Of a stretch of 64,000 nt of DNA, positions 58,987 to 64,000 are shown piece after piece. Made by a program: the position numbers and the translations under genes. Within the stretch, counting starts at the first letter, position 1, and the number at the start of each line of letters is the position of its first letter. The notes below the pieces were generated by a model. That model had not been told where the DNA came from, ran no database searches, and saw nothing but the letters and a program-made list of their open reading frames with translations. Location: NCBI RefSeq assembly GCF_000143415.4, contig NW_003314374.1, positions 476,030 through 540,029 on the forward strand, given 5' to 3'. Source of the DNA: Selaginella moellendorffii (Eukaryota > Plantae > Lycopodiophyta).

Positions 58987-61699
58987 AAAAGAGGCCCATA
59001 TCAATTGGAAAGTATTTATACATAGTATTTTTAACAGTTTTGAAATCATCAAATGATCTAAGTTTTGTTTTATGAAACATTATTAAGCATAAAGCTCAAT
59101 ATTAGATGGAGAAATAAAATACACCTGAGGAATTACATGTTTTTTCTTCTAGGATTATTTTTTAAAATATATAATAGAAAGGAGTTTCTTCATATATATA
59201 TAATGTCTTGATCATAAATATTAAGTTATAACCATTTTATTAATATTTTTTTCTGACCCTTTTAAAAGTTTTACATTTTAATAATTTGGAAGGTGAATTA
59301 GAAGTCATGTTTTACGTTGTGTATTTTAAATATCAAACATTTTCAAACAGCTTCAGGTTCTAAAATATATTGATTATTTATATAAGTTTTTATTTCAGCC
59401 CTATGTATTGTTGTTTGCATTTGTATGATAACATAATTATATTATTTATAAATATATTTAAATAAGTATTTAATTCTTTTAATAGATGGATTTTTGAATT
59501 TTTTACATAAATATTTATTAAAATAAAAACCTAATTATTATCAATAATATGATCAATGTTTTAAAAAGTACATTAATATAACATCATTGAATTTCATCTT
59601 CCATGTAAGGACTATTATAATTTAGGAAACCATATAGGCCATATATCATAAGTGAGTTGACTATTTGATAACTTTAAGGTTTTGAATAAGGATCAAGTAA
59701 TTTTCCTGTTAGATATTGATCAATTATCTCTAGTTTTATCATCATAAGGATAATATTCCTAAGAAATGACAACTTATAAATCCTCTTTTTTGAAATGAAA
59801 TTACATAGGAATTTTTTAATTTAAAATAAAACACCCAGGATATTCTATCACATCGTCCCTTTAAAGTAATTTAAAAGTTTCCATCTTATTTATATTTTAA
59901 ACACCAAGATCATCATCTGTAGATTTACAATGTATTTCTCATTTTGAACTTAATCTATTATAAAATCTGAAAAATCTTCTAAAACATGAAGTATAAAGTA
60001 ATAAATAAAGATAAATATAAAATGTATTGAAACAAGATAATAAATTATTGACCATAGATAATTTAAATCCATTAAGAAGTACAGTCAAACTATTATAATA
60101 TTGTGGTTGCATAATTAAAATTCTAATATAACTATATTTTATCATTTTATTCTCTTACTTTTGTTAAATTTTAATTTTAATTTTTATATAGTACTATATT
60201 CAACCTCACATAGATGGAATTTTAAATTTGTTTCTTGGGATTGATGGTTTATATATTTGTAATTTGCTTATATGTTGACACTATATAAGTCTACTAACAT
60301 TTCTCCCTTTCATGTGTTACCTCCTGCTATGGGTTTGATGTCAATCCCTCTACATTGAGAGTATGGTTGAAGTATTTAGATAAAGTTTTACCAATGTTAC
60401 ATGCACAATATTTAGAGACTTTGATGTGAGTTTCAAAGGAATTCTTATGATGCACAGCATAACTCAAAAGGTAATCTAGTGTTTGAGCTGATTTGTGGAT
60501 TTGATCGTACCGAGCAGAGGCTAAATTTAGTCTACTAGTTTATCAAAGGATTTGGGTGAAACAATATGATTTGTAGCATATGGCACATGTTTCTCAGATT
60601 TAACCATTTTCACCAATGACAATATTTGAGGGAGGACTAGTCATATGATATATATATATATATATAGATACCTCTTAGATATGGTCAAGACTAATTACGC
60701 TAATCTAGGTTGCCTAAGTTAGTGACTGTCAGTTATCAAAAAATGAAAATAACCTCTTCCTTTGAAGAAAATGAAAAAAATTCCCTTTATAATCATATCT
60801 CATTTGACATAAATTATTTTGTATGACCAGAAAAAAATTAGGCAAATCTTACAAATTACACTATATATCATCTTTTATACTTGATAGATTAAAAATAAAA
60901 TTTTAATTTTGAAAAATAAATTTCTCAGTAACTATAATATGTGTATATTATAAGAGAAAATTTTATACTTTTAGTTTATAGATTTTATTAGGATGGAAAT
61001 TTAAGTCTCCTAGTTTTTATTTTATATTAAGAAGAGAGATATAAATCTAAAATAGGAAAAGAAGGTTTGGTTTAAGTTGTTTTCCAAAATTTCTATTTAT
61101 CATCTTAATAGTTTAAATATTGCAAATTTAAATACTTCATAATCATGGCTGATAAAAAATTGCTTAATAGTATGCCATTGAGTCAACATTTTAATAACTT
61201 TAGAGGCTAGACTAGGACCTTGATATAAAAGGATGCACTTAGGACAACCATACCATGTGCAAAGCCATAATTTTCTTGTCATATCTGGTAGTTTAGGCAC
61301 TTCAATCCTCCAAATTTGATAATTAATGATGATGTATTAATACCTTATAGTAAACTTTGGAAAATGCCCCATGTTACCAATCCAAATAGACAAGAAACTA
61401 CTAACAACCCTATGGAGATATTTAATTGCTAACACTATTTTCAACACATTATGGTATCCCAAATAGCCAGACATAGGATTATATATGATTATGGAAGAAA
61501 AAATTGATAAAACATATTGGTTATACCAAAAAGTACTTAGCATTATCACCAATATATACTAACATATCCTAAACCACTTTACAAATTTGGCATACATTAA
61601 AAAGTAGATATGCTAAATGAGCAAATCTAAACACTTTTCAGAAATAGTATTTGGGATCAAAATAAGACTAACACAAATAATTTGATTCTCATTGGGCTA

Positions 61700-63604
61700 T
61701 GTCACTCCTTGTTTTACGTCTGGCTTGGGTCTAAGCCCAAGCTCCACATTGCTCTAGTCGGTGGGGTACCTTCCTCCTTGCATTAATCCACCGGTATGCC
61801 AAAATCATGCCAAACACCATCTGACACCATTTTGCATGTAGGTGCTACATACAGGGAGCTGGTGCTTATGAGATTGTATTGGACCCTTGTTTCATAGCAT
61901 AACAAGCTTGGAGTTTGGCTTCAAATTTAGGTGCATTACATTTGGTATTAAAGCAATTGTCTCAAAGATTCCTATCCAACTTTTATCAGTTTTTTGACTC
62001 AAGTTGCATACACAGAGACTTTTTTAGTAGATCCAAAGAGATCTGTTTAGTATTAGTTGGATTGTACCATTTGGTAACAACATTGTATGCATGTTTAGTT
62101 ACTGATAGAGGTATGTATGCAGCTAGTAGGATGGTGAAAAGTAACTGTATTGATAGACGGACAAATCAAGAGGAAGAAACTCTTGAGGCTAAGTTAAAAG
62201 AGGAAGAGCCAAATATTGCAACATTGCAACGTACAACTCAAGAAGTTGAGATTGAGAATTTATGAAGGAAAGTTCATAAATTGAAAAAGGAAGAGAACAA
62301 GAAGTGGAAGAAAGAAATTGAGGCAACTAAACCAACTAAACCTAAGCAACTGGACTCCTCTTCAAGTTTTGAGAATAATGAAGTTCCACAACCGCCCCTA
62401 GTTGCACGAGTTTTAAAGTTCAAGCCTCCAAAACCACCCAATTTCAGAGGCATGCAAGACTATCAGGTTTTGGAAGATTAGGTCTAAAATATGGAAAGCT
62501 ATTTCATAACAATAGACATAAATGATTGTACAAAAGTTGTGTGCATGCAATCCTTTTTCATTGATCATGCCAAAATTTGGTAGTGCTAAGTGTGTGCTAA
62601 AAAAGGGCAAACAAGAAGTTGGACCAAGATGCAGTCTCATATCTGTAAGGAATACTTCTTGGTTTGAGACTTTGCATGGAGCTGTAGTGGTTAAAGCAAC
62701 GCAGACATAAGGAACCGAGCGNNNNNNNNNNNNNNNNNNNNNNNNNNNNNNNNNNNNNNNNNNNNNNNNNNNNNNNNNNNNNNNNNNNNNNNNNNNNNNN
62801 NNNNNNNNNNNNNNNNNNNNNAGAGTGTAAGGAGGCAGCACAACAAGTTGCCTTTAGTCACTCACTCATGGAACAATATCAGTAGCCGTATACTGGTACC
62901 TTAGACAAGAATAAAATTTTTGGGAATAAATAAGGTGATCGGAAATAAAGGGTGGAAGGAAAGTTTCGCCCTAGAGGCTCATAAGCAATGGTTAACAAAG
63001 GTGGTGGTTAACAATTACTTGTAGCTTCTTTTGGTCCTAGGCCCTTTATTCCTCCTCCTGGTGGGTACAAGTAGTAGCAATCTGCAAAATCTGCTCCTAG
63101 CAGAATGGGTAGCGTGGGTTATTGCTTCTATTGTGGAGAGTCAGGATATAGATTTTTGGAATGTCCCAACAAGCATAAAAGAAGGTCTCGTATTAATATA
63201 ATGAGAGAAGACGGTGGTAGTGAAGTTGAAGGGGTTAACAAGTTGGTCAATGTAGACTATGAGGAAGAGGAGGTGAATTACTTTCATTACTTTCCTCAAG
63301 TTTTTCTCATAGTTAATGAAAATATCTGGTAGACTTTGTTTGCAAATATTGAATCTAGTTGTTAGGATTGAATGCTGAGAAAATGTCGCCTATACACTTC
63401 AGAAGGTGGAAGGTGTTTGCGGAAGGTGGGCAAGTAGCCAGAAAATTTGTGAGTGATGTTCAAATAAAAATATCCAAGTGGAAAGAAAGGGGATGGTCCA
63501 AAGTTGAGTTGAGCTCAATTCAGCTCAAGTCAATGTTAGTTAACATAGTCAACCATAAGTCTTATAAGGAAATATTAAGTCAGAAAAATGTTATTCTTTG
63601 GTGA
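61700..63604 (+). mobile_element. Decayed Gypsy LTR, PBS and gag remnant spanning an assembly gap
   Basis: 61720-61810 resembles 46381-46470. PBS-like TGGTATTAAAGC at ~61943, gag-like KPPKPPNFRG..DYQVLED and a CFYCGESG..C knuckle. Confidence 0.6.
62722..62821. other. Assembly gap (100 N)
   Basis: Run of N. Confidence 1.
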
Positions 63605-64000
63605 ACTTGAAATTTATGAATTTAAGTATCAATGGCTCAGAGAAATTTTATTTTTTGAATCTTTCTAATGCAATTTATATAATAAAATACTGTTTCTAGA
63701 ATTAGAAGTTCGTCTTTTTGGGCTTTATTGGTCCCAAATAAAATGGGAATATTAAAGTTTGAATGAACCTAAAATTTTTGTTATATATTTCAACATTTTA
63801 ACATTTCAACAATTGACCAGAAATATATAAATAATTCAAAACACTAATTCACTCATTCATTCTTTAGGGTTTATAGAGATGGGAAGCAAGGAAGACAAAA
63901 AATTTGTAAGTAGTTCTAGCATATAGAAATGTGAGAATGTTAATTTTGTTTCACTACCACAATCTCTATATTACATGCCTGGTTTTTATTACCCATCCGG

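Noticed and set aside
59000-61700. Very AT-rich tract with short ORFs
   Set aside because: No supportable coding or structural signal. Probably decayed TE sequence.

Overview
Compact land-plant nuclear DNA with ~50-60 bp introns, telo-boxes, PLS-PPR genes and a CVNH gene, most consistent with the lycophyte Selaginella (inferred). Bases 1-42.4 kb are gene-dense: a tandem SAM-like protein, COX16, PIG-P, a plastid sigma factor, tRNA-Phe, CVNH, LEA, dehydrin, RPS11, a frameshifted TPK channel, a GMC oxidoreductase, tRNA-Leu, a dirigent-like gene, importin-11, DDX11, YrdC, a short lipin, a CFAP20-like gene, NDUFAF5, VPS20, an F-box gene, a CML21-like gene and a PPR-E gene. Bases 42.4-64 kb are nested, decayed Ty3/Gypsy elements, including a full-length chromovirus with a solo LTR inserted in its 5' LTR. 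The main finding, reconstructed by hand-splicing, is an apparent nuclear bicistron. The COX16 stop codon directly abuts the PIG-P start codon (TGA-ATG, 0 bp spacer). The COX16 CDS has no internal AUG in any frame and its start context is weak. An inverted second copy keeps the same junction, but there COX16 is reduced to a 9-codon uORF while PIG-P stays open through compensating indels. Gene models are manual and no database searches were run.
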